Source: Vermamoeba vermiformis
Lineage: Eukaryota
Reading direction: 5' to 3'
Length of the DNA stretch: 64,000 nucleotides
NCBI GenBank assembly: GCA_045837725.1
Contig: JBEWZL010000073.1
Location: 1 to 64,000 of the forward strand
Shown here: positions 50,846-64,000 of the stretch, in pieces
How the letters are laid out: the number at the start of each line of letters is the position of its first letter
How positions within the stretch are numbered: position 1 is the first letter of the stretch
Position numbers and translations under genes: made by a program
The notes under the pieces: generated by a model
What the model was told of the DNA's origin: nothing
The model's input: the letters and a program-made list of their open reading frames with translations, nothing else
Databases searched by the model: none

Positions 50846-52785
50846 TTCAAAGTCTAAAAAGTTGTTTCAGTGAACAATGATCGACTTCATGAACGGCGAG
50901 CGTTATTGAGTTCCATTTCATGCGCTATCTTTGAATCAGTAGCTTTAGCCGTATGCTTGGAAAAGTCTTCGCCAGCGATCAGCTGGAGAACAGACGAACT
51001 TGCTAACCTTACAGTAAGACTTCAAATTGGCCTAATCGGTGAACGGCTGAAGAGCGCCAGATACCAAATGTACTAGAAACGGCAATACTGCAAGACTAAA
51101 GAGTTCCTAAATAGCTTTTTCCAAATCGAAGTAGCGCTCAAACTGCCGCGTAGTTCTCCTAAAACTCTAGGTACAATAGAAGCCAGCAGTTGGTCTTCTC
51201 ATGCGTTACTCTTTTTTACTGGCCTAAAAATTGCTCTTCAGTGAACGAAATTCGATTTCGTGAACCGTTGTCGCTACCAAACTGTAGAAACAGGGCAATT
51301 GTCAGCATTTGACCTCCTAGAAAAGACGGACAATGAGTGAGAATGAGCACATGAACGTGCCTTATATCATCGAGCATAACATTGCGCCGAAGGAGTCATT
51401 AGTAAAGTCAAAGCAGACCGTTACAAACCGGATCCAAAAATGTAGTACTTGAAAAGCGGCGTCATACTAATCTAGGACTTAAGAATGGGCTATTGAGGCG
51501 AATAATCGAGATTTTTATGCATTATAAAGATTGAAACACGATGTCTAGCACCTGCTCGTTATCTGGAGCGATTCCCAAGACTAAAAATAGTACTTCGTTA
51601 GAGAACGAGTTGGAGGATAGCTGCCCTGAAGGCTGCTTTCAACGCACCTTCATAAGACTGCGCCTTTGTTATCGTGGCCTGGTGTCCATCGGGCGGGCTC
51701 GTACAGGAGGCTGCAGTCTAGTCTTATGTTAGGCCGTGAGAGCGACGCAAGTCAAACCGAAGCTATATCTCAACCTACTAACTCTGATCGATGTATGGAC
51801 TCACATGCTGCCTCTAATAAGAGGCTACAATGCTCGAACCAGGTCGTTACAAACTGCGATCCGAAATTGAATTAATTTAAAAATGGCGTCATGGTTACCT
51901 AAAGAGCCAGTATAGCCACAATTAAGGTAAAGACTCGTCCAACAGTCATTTCTAGCCTATATTCCATCCATTAGTACGCATTTCAAAGACTAAAAATAGT
52001 TGCCTTTCACTGAACGCGTACTTGCTTCGTGAACGAGATAGCTTGGTACAGAGGTTGAAGTTTGCGATAGCTCGAGAAAATTGAGCGAAAAGGCGAACTA
52101 GTGACAACAGAAATAAACGATCGTTCATCTAGTGGTTACTTACTGCCGCTGTTAGCCCTCTGTCCTCGTCTCGAGCAGGTTTAATCAGACATGTAGGTCA
52201 ACGGCTGCATTACCACTGTCCATTCTGCTGCCTGTTAGCTGCGTTAATTTAAGTCTTGTTGTTGCGCAATGCACCGAGCGTCTATGCGGCCGATGAAACC
52301 AAGTACCTTGTACCGAGACTAAGCTAACTCCTAGCGAGGCACAACTACGGCTACACGCCCTCTTCTTCGGCAATGGTGTACTGGTGCAGGTTAGCATCAA
52401 CTAACTGCGCTCTCTCCATTAAGCGCGAACCTTCAAAGTTGCGCCGCTCTTCTAGAGCTCCTGCCGTGTAAAGACTAAAAACTACTTTTTCAGTGAACGG
52501 CAGCGATTTCGAAGAGTGTTTAGCTGCAGGACTTGAGGACCCTCATAGTTCATCAACTACTCGACTCTTAGAATAATTAAGCAATCAGTCTTCAATTAAC
52601 TATGACGCTTACTTCAGAAAGCTAGGACCAAACATCTAGCGAACGAATAATAAGACGACGCAGTAGTATCGTAAGCCTATCACAACTGCTTCGAGCCACC
52701 AATTAGTTTGTAGTCGTAATGCTAATACTGATTGGCTTGCTTCAAAGACTTAAAAAGTTGTTTTCACTGAACGGCAGCCTTCATT
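50846..52785. repeat. Periodic degenerate motif array, consensus about AAGACTAAAAA-N(5-10)-TTCA(G/C)TGAAC
   Basis: Copies near 50846, 51221, 51572, 51982, 52470 and 52741, separated by dissimilar sequence. Confidence 0.75.
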
Positions 52786-53816
52786 CTTCAAGTAATTAGA
52801 ACGGTATTGCCGAAGTAACGAGAAATGCGATAACTACCTTGTGTAGCCAAGAGGTCAGGCCAATACCATGCCAAAAGAGTGCCAACCAGTACTCATCCGT
52901 AGCTTGTTCGGTTGTTGAAGGTGTGCTAGCAAGTCAAATACGCTAGGCTATGTAACAAATGACTCTCTGCGCTCTATTGACAGCAGTCTTATTAGTAAGA
53001 GAGGCTAACGAAGCTCGGTACATACCGTTACAAACGAAAAACGCTTTCATGAACCGCAAGCATGATTGGTTTGTAATAAACAAAGCGCTTAGCAACCAAG
53101 AGACGTTCTATGTTGAGCAATGCCAAGTTACCATGCAATATGAATAAAAGACCGAGCCACAAGCGTCTGTTTTAACGCAGAGATGTCGTTACTCCAACAA
53201 TAGTAGTCCGTAGTCTGATCAACATCAGTAAGAAGGCAGTGAAGCCAAGAAGCTAGGAATAGTGTACACGTATCCTATTAAGTCTCAAGGGATGCACCCC
53301 ATTCGCAGGAATAGCTGGCAAAGTCCGCAGCAGCTCGTTACAAAACGACAGATCTCAAATTGAATCTTCAAGAAATAGTTTTAGAAGGGCTTAAGATCAA
53401 TAATAGCGTTACCTATAGATATTTTCGCTGTTTCTTCCTTCTTAGCCGATGCTTAGTGGTTAAAGTACGGTGCCGATAATCCACAACACCGCCAAAATTG
53501 GCTCGTTCATGAAAAACAGTGTTAGCGAGCTAATTCATGAATAAAATGCACTGTTTTGCCAAGAACAATGCCTGAGTGTAACTCTGCACCGGCCTGAAGT
53601 GCCTGAAGTGGGATGCGCGAAGACGTTCATGGATAACTGGTTGCTTCAACGTTGCCGGCATGAGAGTGTGCACGAAACCACGTGTATAAATTGTAGGATG
53701 TTCTAACATCCGCTTCGCGTAACAAGCAGCGATCTGGATTCTCCCGCCAAAATTGTTCAATTCAATTTTACGCCTACCTCGCAAGTAACTTTCGTTGCAT
53801 CGCTCAAGTGACAACC

Positions 53817-54574
53817 ATGTCATTCTTAAAAGGTTTGCCGTCGAGAACTGCCTTCTGCTCGAGCGGATACAGCGCCGTACGTTCCTCAAACTGAAACAAT
53901 CGATTAGTATCACGCTAATGCTTAAATTAGGTTAATCAATTTTATATTCAAACTTACCGATGCACGCACGACAAGACAGAACCAGAGGGTAAGCCACCTC
54001 TCGAGATTAGAAGTCACCAAAATAATCATTTCATACAGCGTCTCAAAAAATCAAAAATAATCCCCGACAATTGTTAATTAAATTACCTCGTTCGCCTGTT
54101 GCCGATAAAGAGGAAAATAATGCTCCTCTGCCGAACCCAGCTGAAAAATCGCCTTCTCAGAGCAACCCTAGCAAAAAGAGGTAAGAGCATTCTGTAGATA
54201 TTGTACGTTAGTGTTAACACTCTATTAGGCCATTGAATATGATTATAAATAAAGAGACAGAAGAACGAAAAGCAAAACGCATCAAATCCACAACCGAGCC
54301 AGAACCAGTGTTGGCGAGCGTTAAATACACTCCGAGGAAGAAAAACGATAAGAAGATCACAGTATCTCTTCGCTCTTCGAATAAGACATCTCAAACTGAC
54401 GCACGACAAAAAGAGAACAAGATCAACGCTGCCGAACCGCGCACACAGGCCAAATTGACCGAGAAGAAAGCACAAGCTATCAATACCATCGCAGAGAAGA
54501 ATCAGCTACGACATACTAAAGAACTATTAGGCTTACTCTTTGGCAAGTCTCGCAAAAAGAAGTCTACTAACTGA
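53817..54574 (+). CDS. DDA1-like protein (DET1- and DDB1-associated), 4 exons
   Basis: Spliced N-terminus MSFLKGLPSR...TYRCTHD...QKIKNNPRQLLIKL matches the DDA1 pattern and continues into ORF 54233-54574. Confidence 0.65.
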
Positions 54575-54663
54575 GGATCCTGTAACCACCCCCTTGTAAA
54601 TAAAGCCAGCGTTCGATTGAAGAAACAGATCGGGTCGTAATTTTTATATGTTTTATTGGGTGT

Positions 54664-55961
54664 TTACAATTCGAGCTCGGTGGCCTTCTTTTGACCTCCA
54701 CGGAGTCTACCAGTTCGTCTGGCGGCGATAAGACCGACCTTTTGACCGTGAGGAGCGTCACGGCGAACGGTAGAGGGGTGACCAATGTGTTGATGGTTAC
54801 CACCACCATGAGGATGTTCTACAGGGTTCATAGCAACACCACGCACTCTGGGCCAAGCATTGCGCTTAGCCTTGTACTTGTGGTGAGCACGGCCAGCCTT
54901 CAACATGGGCTTCTCCATACGACCACCACCAGCAACGAGACCGATCATGGCACGGCAGTCAGAGCTGATAGCCTTCTTCTTGTTAGAGGGCAACTTGACG
55001 AAGGTCTTGTTGTCGTCAGGGTTGTGGGCAACAACGGTGGCGAATCTGCCAGAAGTACGGGCCATAGCTCCGCGGTCACCAGTCTTCTCTTCAACGTTGC
55101 AAATGATGGTACCTTCGGGGAGGTTGCCGACGGGGACGACGTTACCAACGCTCAATTGAGCTGAGAAAAAAAGAGTTAGCAAATCTGCGACAACAACAAA
55201 AAAAATATTGCTGGAATAATCCGTCTTGTTATAATAATTTGCCGTAAATATTTTACTAATAGTAAGTCAAATCAGAGCCATAATTAAAGGATAAAAGATC
55301 GACAAATCTCACTTACCCTTTCGGCCAACATAGAGGAATTGACCAGTGTAAAGGCCTTCAGCGGCGATGAAAGTCTCAGTATCGATCTTGTACTTGTGAG
55401 GGTTTCTGAATTGAACCTTAGCAAGGGGAGCACCACGACCAGGATCGTGAATGATCTCCTTGACGAGACCCTTCAAGTAACCGTGTCTCTCGGCGAAATC
55501 GTAGACGCGGTGTCTAGCAGGTCCCTTTCTGTGTTTGTTGTGGCTCTATTATAAGAATTACAATTAATATCGGCGTCCCAGATGAGAAAATAGAATGAAC
55601 AAAATAATATCAGCGAGACGTTGAATATCGCCAACAATTGTTCGTATTCTTCCACAACTCGTATTATTTTACTAACCTTGAAGACGGAACCTCTACCCTT
55701 TCTTTGCGCTAAAATAATAAATGGATTAGAATAATGGAAATAATATAATTATTATATAAACTATTTTCGTAGCAGTAATAAATGTTTTCAATTAATTTGT
55801 AGAATAAATTAATTAATTAATTGTAGTTTAAATAATAACAATATTATTGTTTTGTAGGCTGAGCTAGCAACAAGCGGGATCAAATCAGTAAAGATCTCGT
55901 TTTGCCAACCAACGTATTGATTGCAGGGGTCAATATACATACATCTAATAACACGACCCAT
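54664..55961 (-). CDS. RPL8: 60S ribosomal protein L8 (uL2)
   Basis: [23 protein letters not shown] and [25 protein letters not shown]. Confidence 0.98.
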
Positions 55962-56302
55962 GTTGACTGAGGACTTGTATCACGTTTAGGCAAAGTGCAC
56001 GAATAAAAGACAGGAACAAGGAAGAGAGGCAAACAAACAGCGCCAAAAAATCTCGGCCAAACATTTTCCGAAGGATTTTTGGGCAAAACAAATATCAACC
56101 CGGATTTTCTTATGGCTGCTTATTATTGTTGAATCTCCACCTTATTGTATGAAACAAAGCGGGTTGACGAATTAAATTTGAATGTGCTGTGATCTCGATC
56201 TGATCTTGAATCTCGCTTAGAAATTGTGGACGTACGTACAAAATTTGGCCGTTAGCCTTTCTTTACATTTACATTCAATGTTACAAGTTTGGATTCGCAA
56301 GT

Positions 56303-59300
56303 TTAGACTTTCTTCATTAACTCGAGTTCCTAAAAGCGAAGTTAGAAATGTTGCTGATAATATTATAATTCATAATAATTACCTGCGACAGTTTGTTCTT
56401 AATCAACTGCGCCAAGTTTCGTTTAATGAGAGTGATCCACTCTTCTTGCTCTTCCTTGCTGGCTGCCGAGAACAAGTTTTGCGCATCCTTTGTCTTCAAG
56501 CTGAAGCCGAATGGCACTGCTTTGCTTTCCATAATTACACTGTCGAATGAGATGGCAATCTCTTTGATGAAGTAGAGTTTGTCGGCGTTGATCCTGTTGT
56601 TCACCAGCGTATGTTCCGAGCTATCCACAGGCACGTCCGTTTCGCTTGGTGGCGGTGCACTGCTCTTCTTTCGCTTCTTCTTGGTATTTAACTTAGTCTC
56701 GAGCACAAGGTCGTTAAATACAATGTAGTAGTGTCGCTTGCTGTTGCCTGCATCTGGAGCATCGACATTGCGGTACACGGTCAAATAGCCCTCTTTGATG
56801 TAACGTCGATGTGCCTCGCTCAAATTACGCGCCTTGAGTCCATTGTGCTCACTGCGCTTTTCTTTAAACCGTAGTCTGTCTTGCACTTGTAGTACCAGAT
56901 CCAAGTTCTCCGCATCTCGTTTCTTCTCATTGACGTACTGGCAGATCTGACCCATTTTCTCTGCGGCTAATTTAACATCTCGATAGTCTTTGTGTGATCG
57001 AGGTGTGGTTTGTAAGAGATCTTCCAACAGCATGACATAACGCGGGATGCGCTGCACAGGCATGATGAGGAAGTCGTTGATAGTTAAGTTGGAGCTCTCG
57101 GGGTTGTTGCGCACTTCTTGCAGCCAATCGCGGAACAACTTGTTCTGGCGGTACATGGAGAGTGTCTTGAGCGCGTCGTTGAAGTTCTTGACGTACTGCG
57201 TGTAGACCTTCATGAACTCTGTCATGCCCAAAAAGATGTCGCCGAGGCGCTGTTCTGCATTCCACTTTGACACGCGTTCAGTGAGCTGCATTTGCATCAT
57301 TTGGTTGTAGTTCAGAATGACGTCAATTTCACTGAAAATGACTTTGATGTCCGCAGAGTTGATCTGAATGGCACGACTCTTTTCACTGTTGTTCGCAGCG
57401 AATTGAGTGAGCGGTTGTTTGAAGAGTTTGATGATCTTCGTCAGACTGTCCACGTACGATGACTCGCTCTTCAGAATTTCACGGGCTATGACACTTCGTT
57501 TCACTGAGGAAAGAAAACACTTAGTACATGAGCTCGACTATTATTCGAACAAAGTACTTACGTAACAGTTCAAATCGCGTACGAGCAGCACGTGTCTTGA
57601 TCAAAGACTGCAACAGAGTCACTAGCTTGACATTCTTGGTGTAGTGCTCGACTAGTTCCGGTGACAAGTGGACGTTGTTGGCGAGAGTGTTGTGACTCGA
57701 CGAGGACTTGAGGAGTTGATTGGTGTTGTTCTGAATGTGCTCGTTGTACGCTCTGACTGCATCGGAATCGAGCAACACTGTGTTTTGCACGCCATTGAAG
57801 CGTGTTAGACCAAAGTCAAGAGGTCTGCGTCAATGTTAGCACAGTCGAGTGGATGATATGCACACGTACCGCTTAATGTCTTTCATGGGCTTGATGACTG
57901 GTCCTTTCTTGGCCGAGGCTGCAACGGGCGAGGAGCGCGACATGGCCGAGGCAGGCAGACTCTGATGACGCGCACGACCCTCGCCTTTGAGGTCTTCAGG
58001 GGCCACCGAGGTGCTGCGTGACCGTTGGGCGTCGTCTTTGGCGACTTGTACCTCGGGTGACGAGACGTTCAACAGCGAGCTCTTGGTTTTGTGAATGCGC
58101 TTCTTGGTCTTGGGCTCTTTCTCCAAGCTCATGCTGCGCGACTTTTCCTTGCGCGAGCTCGGCTTGAACAGGTCTACAAATGCTGCGAGGGGCGATCTCT
58201 TCTTTTCAGTCGTGGACACCTCGCGCATGCTCTTGGGACGAGTGGTTTCAGGTCGCTTTTTGTCTTCTTTGTCTTCCTCGTCGTGGTGACGTGTCACGTG
58301 CATGTCATCCATCGCTTGTTTGAACTTTTTTTTGATCTTGCCGAGGAACTTCTTGCTGGTTTTGGACGATGAAGAATTGAGTTCTTCTTCGTCGTGCGAG
58401 TCCTCGGTCATGGGTGGCAGCACTGGATCTGATTGACTTGCTGCTAGTCGTCGATCAGTAGTCGCTGTTGGTTCGATCGTTGCACTCGTTTGAGATGTGC
58501 GCAGACTTTCACGCCGTCTCTTGCCTTTTTTGTGCTTGTCTTTGTCGTTCGGGGAGGTTTCTTTGCTCGAGCCAGATCGACGGAGATTTGTGTCGTTCAG
58601 TGAATCACTCAACTTGGTGCCGCTGTGCTCGGTGGCCGTCTGTTCAGTGGCCTCGCTCGATCTCGTCTCGGAAGTCAAATTCTCCGAGTCAGTGGACAGG
58701 GGTGGGCCAGACACGTCAATTTCCTTATTTGGTGCGGAGTCAGCAGATCGCTCATCGTACGATGAGTGTGACTGTTGCGCGCTCTCTTCAGTTTCTGTGG
58801 TGCTGTCGCGACGCAGTTCTTGGTGAGTCAGATCCATTGGGGCCAGCAGTAGTTGTGACCCGGCAGCCGCAGCTGATTGGTCAGTTTCAACGGGCACGTG
58901 ATCTTCGGGTGCGGGAGGAGTGACTTCAACCACGGGCGAGACCTCCTCAGGTTGTGAGTGGTCACTCTGAGGCTCGAGCGCGGCCTCGCTGTGAGCAGTG
59001 CGCTCAGTGGGGACTGGTGGTGCGGCACTGACTTCTGACGCGCTTGTTGGCTCCTGTGGCTGCGACGGTTCTGATTGGTCCATTTTAGGCTCCTCCCGCG
59101 TTGGTGGTGCGGGCTCAGTGATTGGTTCGCTCGCAGCTGATTGGTCTATTTTAGGCTCATCAACTTGTTCTACTGTCACACTGATTGGGGCAGGTGGCGG
59201 GGGCGGAATTTCATTTTTCGGTTCGGGATGAAGTGAGGCACGAGGGGAGCTCGCGGGAGATATTTTTGCACCGGAGTTTTCACGCTTCATTTGCAGTCTT

Positions 59301-60546
59301 TTGTTTGACAGCACACGCACCATGCCTGAAGGCGACTGTTTGACACTCTCTGACACATTGGCAGCTGTACCATTGATAGTTGTTCCGCTGCCCACACGTG
59401 ACACACGACCTTGTTGCTGCAATTCGCGCAAAGATTGTTGCGGATATTTCTAAATATGGTCAATACCGCTGAATTATGTGAATATCGATTGGCATACCTC
59501 GTCGAGTTTGAGATACATTGCCAAATAAGTCAAAATTGACCGTTCATCAGGGGGCCAGTCAGACGAGACATCTACAAGGGCTACATCTAACAGTTGCGGC
59601 ACGTGCAATTCTTTTTCAGCGAGTTCAAACAGCTCGCGGAGTGCTTCAGCGCTTGTTTTCTGTTTCAGTGAAATTTAATCCAGTGACACACGTCAAATTG
59701 AGTTCTGCACGCACCTGTGAAATTTGACTTGCATCATAGAGACTCGCGCGGAATGAGTTGATGAGTGCTGCCCAGACATGTGGATCTTGAAAACTAATGC
59801 AAAGATTAACTTTCCATAAATGGCAATATCGGACAAACCGTCCTAAAAGAAGTCTAATTACCTGTTCGAGAAATTCTTGACCTCCACACTCGCATCAGTG
59901 CTGACTACGCGGTCACGTGCCCATTGGAGCAGGAGATTTCGCGTCAATTTTCTGTCGGTGATCTCGCGCTTTTGGATCAGCTCCCAAATGAGTCGCATGA
60001 TTGTCTTAGACTCGCCTTGGACTATAGCCTCGGGTGCGAGGGTGACAGTCATTTTGAGATGAGTACGCATGAATTTGAACACTGAGTGCACCGCGTCAAT
60101 GCGCAGATGTGAGCTGTCTTGCTGCGTCGTCAAATAACGGCGCCGTTGTTCGCTGTGCACTCCTTGCGTGTCGTAGAGCAGTTCCATGACGGATATTAAG
60201 AGCTTTCCATCGCTTAAATCCTTTTCTAGTATTTGGACTGATTGGTTGCGTGGCGCCAAGACCGCATTCAGCCAATTTTTGAATGTCTATGTAATTAACG
60301 TTATTTGGAGTTGTTTATGGAAAAAATGTCAAAATATCATTTTTAAAGTATTGTTCTGGCCTCAGAATGCGAATTGGAAAAAATTAAATATAAATAACCA
60401 GATGGAATAATTTACAATTAATTAAATCAATTAAATGTTGCACTTACATGTCGCTGCAGCCGCTCCCATTCACTAGGAGCGCCCATTAGTCGGGTAGTCC
60501 GCTGCTTTTTCTCCTCGACGAATTGTTGTAGATCAATCGTTGTCAT
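56303..60546 (-). CDS. RhoGEF with N-terminal calponin-homology domains and C-terminal DH-PH
   Basis: WERLQRHTFKNWLN...DLSDGKLL (CH); EILKSESSYV and FLIMPVQRIPRYVMLL (DH); EQEEWITLI (PH). Confidence 0.9.
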
Positions 60547-61014
60547 CTTGAGTTAGTTGTATTGAAAAATGCTTATATTAGTGCTCCATTTGGTCGGTGC
60601 GCGAGCAATTAATCAATATTTCCGAATTTAATTGTGATTAGTTGGAATCGTCATTGTACTCAAATAAATTAACAAAATCTCGCGCTGGAAGAACAAATTA
60701 AATCGAATGAATTTCGTTCTATTGAATACGACCACCGAATATAGGCTTGAATTAGCATAGAATGGAGAATGTGATCCTCAGTATAGTCAGTACTTTAGAA
60801 CAAGTCTTTACAGTGCGTCTTCAGAATTAATCCGCTGCCACTTCGGATCTGCAGAGTTTCGGTGATTGAAAAAAGACTTTCGGAGTGTTCTGGTGAAATG
60901 TGGTATTATCAAATCGTCCTCTAGCTCTATTTGCGGCGTTGTTGCCTGCTAGTGTGTGCGATCAGTCTGTTGATAAATTTCAGCGACTTTCTTTTCATTC
61001 CAATAGACTACACT

Positions 61015-62160
61015 ATGAGCAGTACACCGCAAGAGGGTCAAGGAGCAGTGTCGCCTAATGGGGCACCCGTCGGACCTGGTGGTATGCCATTCGATCCAGC
61101 GATGATTGAGAAGTTCAATGAGAATTGTTTTGTGCGAGGAGGATTTGCAGCAGTGATGGGTAATTATAATATTGATCTTTAAAGAATACGCAATTAGCAA
61201 ACAGAATGGTTAAAAAGTGCCAGATCCAAAATAATTAAAATTTATTTAGTAAATCAAGGAAAATGTTATTCATAATTTATAGTGCCATATCATATTGATT
61301 ACAATAATTAGTATTAAATTAAACGATAACAATTTTTTATCAAAATTACGGTGAGCTCATAGATCTCAGATCGCTAAAATCAGCGTTAGATCCGAGAAAA
61401 TTAGTGCTATATTAATACAAATCAACATCAAATATTAAATATATTGTTAGGTGTACCACTCGGTTTCTTCTTTGCGGCACTGGGCACTTCGAGCGCCAAT
61501 CTCGATCCAGACATGCCAACGCGCAAGGCAGTGATAGAAGGCTTCAAAGACATGGGCCGCACTGGTTATCGCAATGCTAAGACATTTGCGCTGATTGGTG
61601 GTCTGTGGTCCACGACTGAGTGCTTCATTGAAAAAGTACGTACTTAGCTGCATCTAGCTTGAGAAACAAGAGCGCTTCATTATAGTACTATCGATGATGA
61701 TATTATGTGCATTATAATAATCGGGTCTAGTTATTTGAACATTATTTCATTGGTACAAAATTAATTTGACATTGTGATGTACAAAATTACTTTTGTTCGG
61801 TAAAATTAATTCAAGGCCTTTATAATGCAGCATTTAATTTATTAATTAATATTACATATTTCTATCTATATATCTAATGCTATTATCGCAGTATCGAGCA
61901 AAGAATGACATGTGGAACGGCATTACAGGTGGTTGTTTGACAGGTGTCATGTTAGCCGCACGGAGTAAGTGTTTAGAATTGCTAAATATGGTGCTATACT
62001 ATAATAATAACTGCTCGGAAATGCCTCTTTCCAAATAAGGCAAGTTGTACTGACGGCGTTCGCAGCGGGGTCGCCACAAGCTATGGGAGCAGGGTGCGTG
62101 GGCATGGCAGCATTCGGCTTTGCGATGGACTGGCTGTTCAGAACTGCGCTGGGCATGTAA
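61015..62160 (+). CDS. TIM22: Mitochondrial inner-membrane translocase Tim22 (Tim17/22/23 family)
   Basis: ENC..., AKTFALIGGLWSTTECFIEKYRAKNDMWN, GGCLTG and GCVGMAAF. Confidence 0.85.
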
Positions 62161-62481
62161 TTTGTGAATAATAAATCAACTGCAGTACTACTAGTAGTCG
62201 TGTAGCATCGGTGATGTGATGGCTGTGTCGTCCAGCCCTAGCAATGTAAGAATGGCAACAGGTCACCGAGGACAAGCTGCGTTACCAAATAAGGAAATAA
62301 TGAAGATCACGTGATCATCGAACAGTGTCAAGCACTCACTGGCAGTGTACCTGAAGAGAGTACGTGTTGATATCCTCAATATTTTATATTACATTCTCTT
62401 ATTACTATTAACATCACCTATTCTCTTATTATCATACAAGTAGTATTATACCTCGCCTATGCAGCGCAGTTGCAGTGCATT

Positions 62482-63462
62482 CTAATTCGTCCATTTTTCG
62501 ACTGGTCTGTTCTTGCCCAGCACAAAGGGCTCGAATGGATAGGACTCGCGATTCAAGACCAGTCGCTGCTCTGTCAAGAACTGCGCCATGAGCCCCTTCT
62601 CCGAGCCCCAAAAATGAATGCAAAAGTCACCGCGCTGCCACTGCCCCACGCGACTGGACTTGTAGGGCTGCTGCAGCTGTTTCCAAGCGAGCATGTGGGC
62701 ACGAGGCACGTACTCCACTCGTTGCAGTAGCTGTTGCAGTGCTTGTTGATCGTCGAGGTGCGTCAGTGCATAGACTTGAGTCAGCAGCCGGCGCGTCCAA
62801 TGCGAGCTGTGCACGAACATAGCCCCTGCATTGAGACTCCATGAGGTGCCTGTGCGCGAGGGACCTGCCGCTAGGAACTCGTAGCGCGTGTCGATGAATG
62901 ACTCGAGGGGGATGGAGAAGTTTGTAAAGATAATGTCGCTGTCGAACCACGCCACGTACTCGCAGTAGTCCAAGTAGCGTTCAATGAGCCGGATCTTGAA
63001 TTTGAAATTCTCCAGGCGCTGCACATATTTATTGGAATGGTAGAAGAAGAATGGATAGCCCCAATGATTCGCGTATTCTAAGAAGTACGGCAGGGTCAAT
63101 TCAACCACATCCTTGTTGTGAAACGCGGTCAGCAGGCAGATCGGTGACTTTTTTCTTTGTAGCGTTGTATTGAGCGTTGTGGACTGCTCAAGGGGCGATT
63201 CGGCGCTATACGGTGCTATTGGGGATGTATTTGTGGTTTGTTGCGGAGAGTCGTTCGCTTTATCAATCGATTAATAGGCAAGTTATTGCTATTATAATAG
63301 TGCTCGAATATTACCGTTAATTTGTAGTGTTTCTATCTTGCGTGCTTGCTCCGCTAAAGCCGCGTTCAGTTGCGCAATCTCTTTGTAATAATATTGGATG
63401 GTGAAGAAGTAGACGAGTGTCCCAAGCACGATAATGGCTATATTGCTGCTGTGCGGTCTCAT
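62482..63462 (-). CDS. GT34 (GMA12/MNN10-like) glycosyltransferase, type II membrane
   Basis: N-terminal TM helix, YANHWGY, WFDSDIIFTN, LNAG, DQQAL and GDFCIHFWG. Confidence 0.85.
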
Positions 63463-64000
63463 CTTCGATTAAGTTGTGAGTGAATCATATCATACGAACT
63501 GATGTGTAGGCCGAGCCGAGGACGTCAGTTAAATTAACGAAGGATCATGTATTCTCTTGTGGTAGTTGAACGACAATTAGACTACATAATTGGCTATCGG
63601 GTAATTGTTTTGATTTGGTAAAGCTTGTACAACGGAATACTGGAGCACATTGAACTCGAAGTGGTTTAACTTTAGCATCGCATTGCAGTGGGCATTTAAA
63701 ACAGGTCTATGTAGTATAATAACATTATAATGAGCAAACTCGGCATCATATCGAACAAATTCTGATCTCTGTTGAAATTTACCTTGCGAGTGAAATCTCA
63801 TCAATGTCAGACTGTTCAATGCGCTACCACGAGTGTCAAATTTAAGTACTTACAGCTCAAATTGCATCACTAATTGTATGGAGGCAAATTACAGTCAACA
63901 ACTGCCGAGGGAGGTCAGAACATGAATCATTAGAAACTTAAATAATTAATTATTATTAATATTAGCTTTGGCAATTAATATGCAGTTACCTCACCAGACG

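Noticed and set aside
50846-52785. CRISPR array
   Set aside because: Repeats are degenerate, spacers are hundreds of bp and unequal, there are no cas genes, and the context is eukaryotic.
55710-55942. snoRNA in RPL8 intron 1 (GC-richer patch)
   Set aside because: No clear C/D box pair or convincing H/ACA structure by eye.
48729-59231. Many antisense ORFs over the Myb, RPL8 and RhoGEF genes
   Set aside because: Shadow frames of GC-richer coding sequence, with no independent motifs.

Overview
Eukaryotic, intron-rich genomic DNA with short GT-AG introns. A CudA-type transcription factor suggests an amoebozoan host (inference). The window has three compositional zones. (1) About 1-13.9 kb is mostly CpG-normal. 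It holds two paralogous small orphan genes, two inverted paralogs encoding a trypsin-like fold plus a death-like domain, an LCAT/PLA2G15 lipase and a CudA-like factor. (2) About 13.9-39.3 kb is a compact, strongly CpG-depleted island. It clusters the class-I crossover genes MSH4, MSH5 and MLH3 with a divergent VPS4-like ATPase, a truncated CAP-G-like HEAT gene, a candidate kleisin, a candidate SYCE2-like coiled coil, a RING-H2 gene, kinases and orphans. Four identical tRNA-Gly(GCC) cassettes punctuate it, all pointing away from its centre. (3) About 39.9-64 kb is CpG-normal and holds housekeeping genes: PIKfyve/FAB1, a Myb/SANT protein, DDA1-like, RPL8, a CH-RhoGEF, TIM22 and a GT34 glycosyltransferase. 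It also contains a ~2.7 kb non-coding stretch with a periodic degenerate motif array. The best candidate for a new system is the CpG-depleted, tRNA-punctuated meiotic gene island. Exon boundaries were read by eye and homologies come from motif recognition, not from searches.
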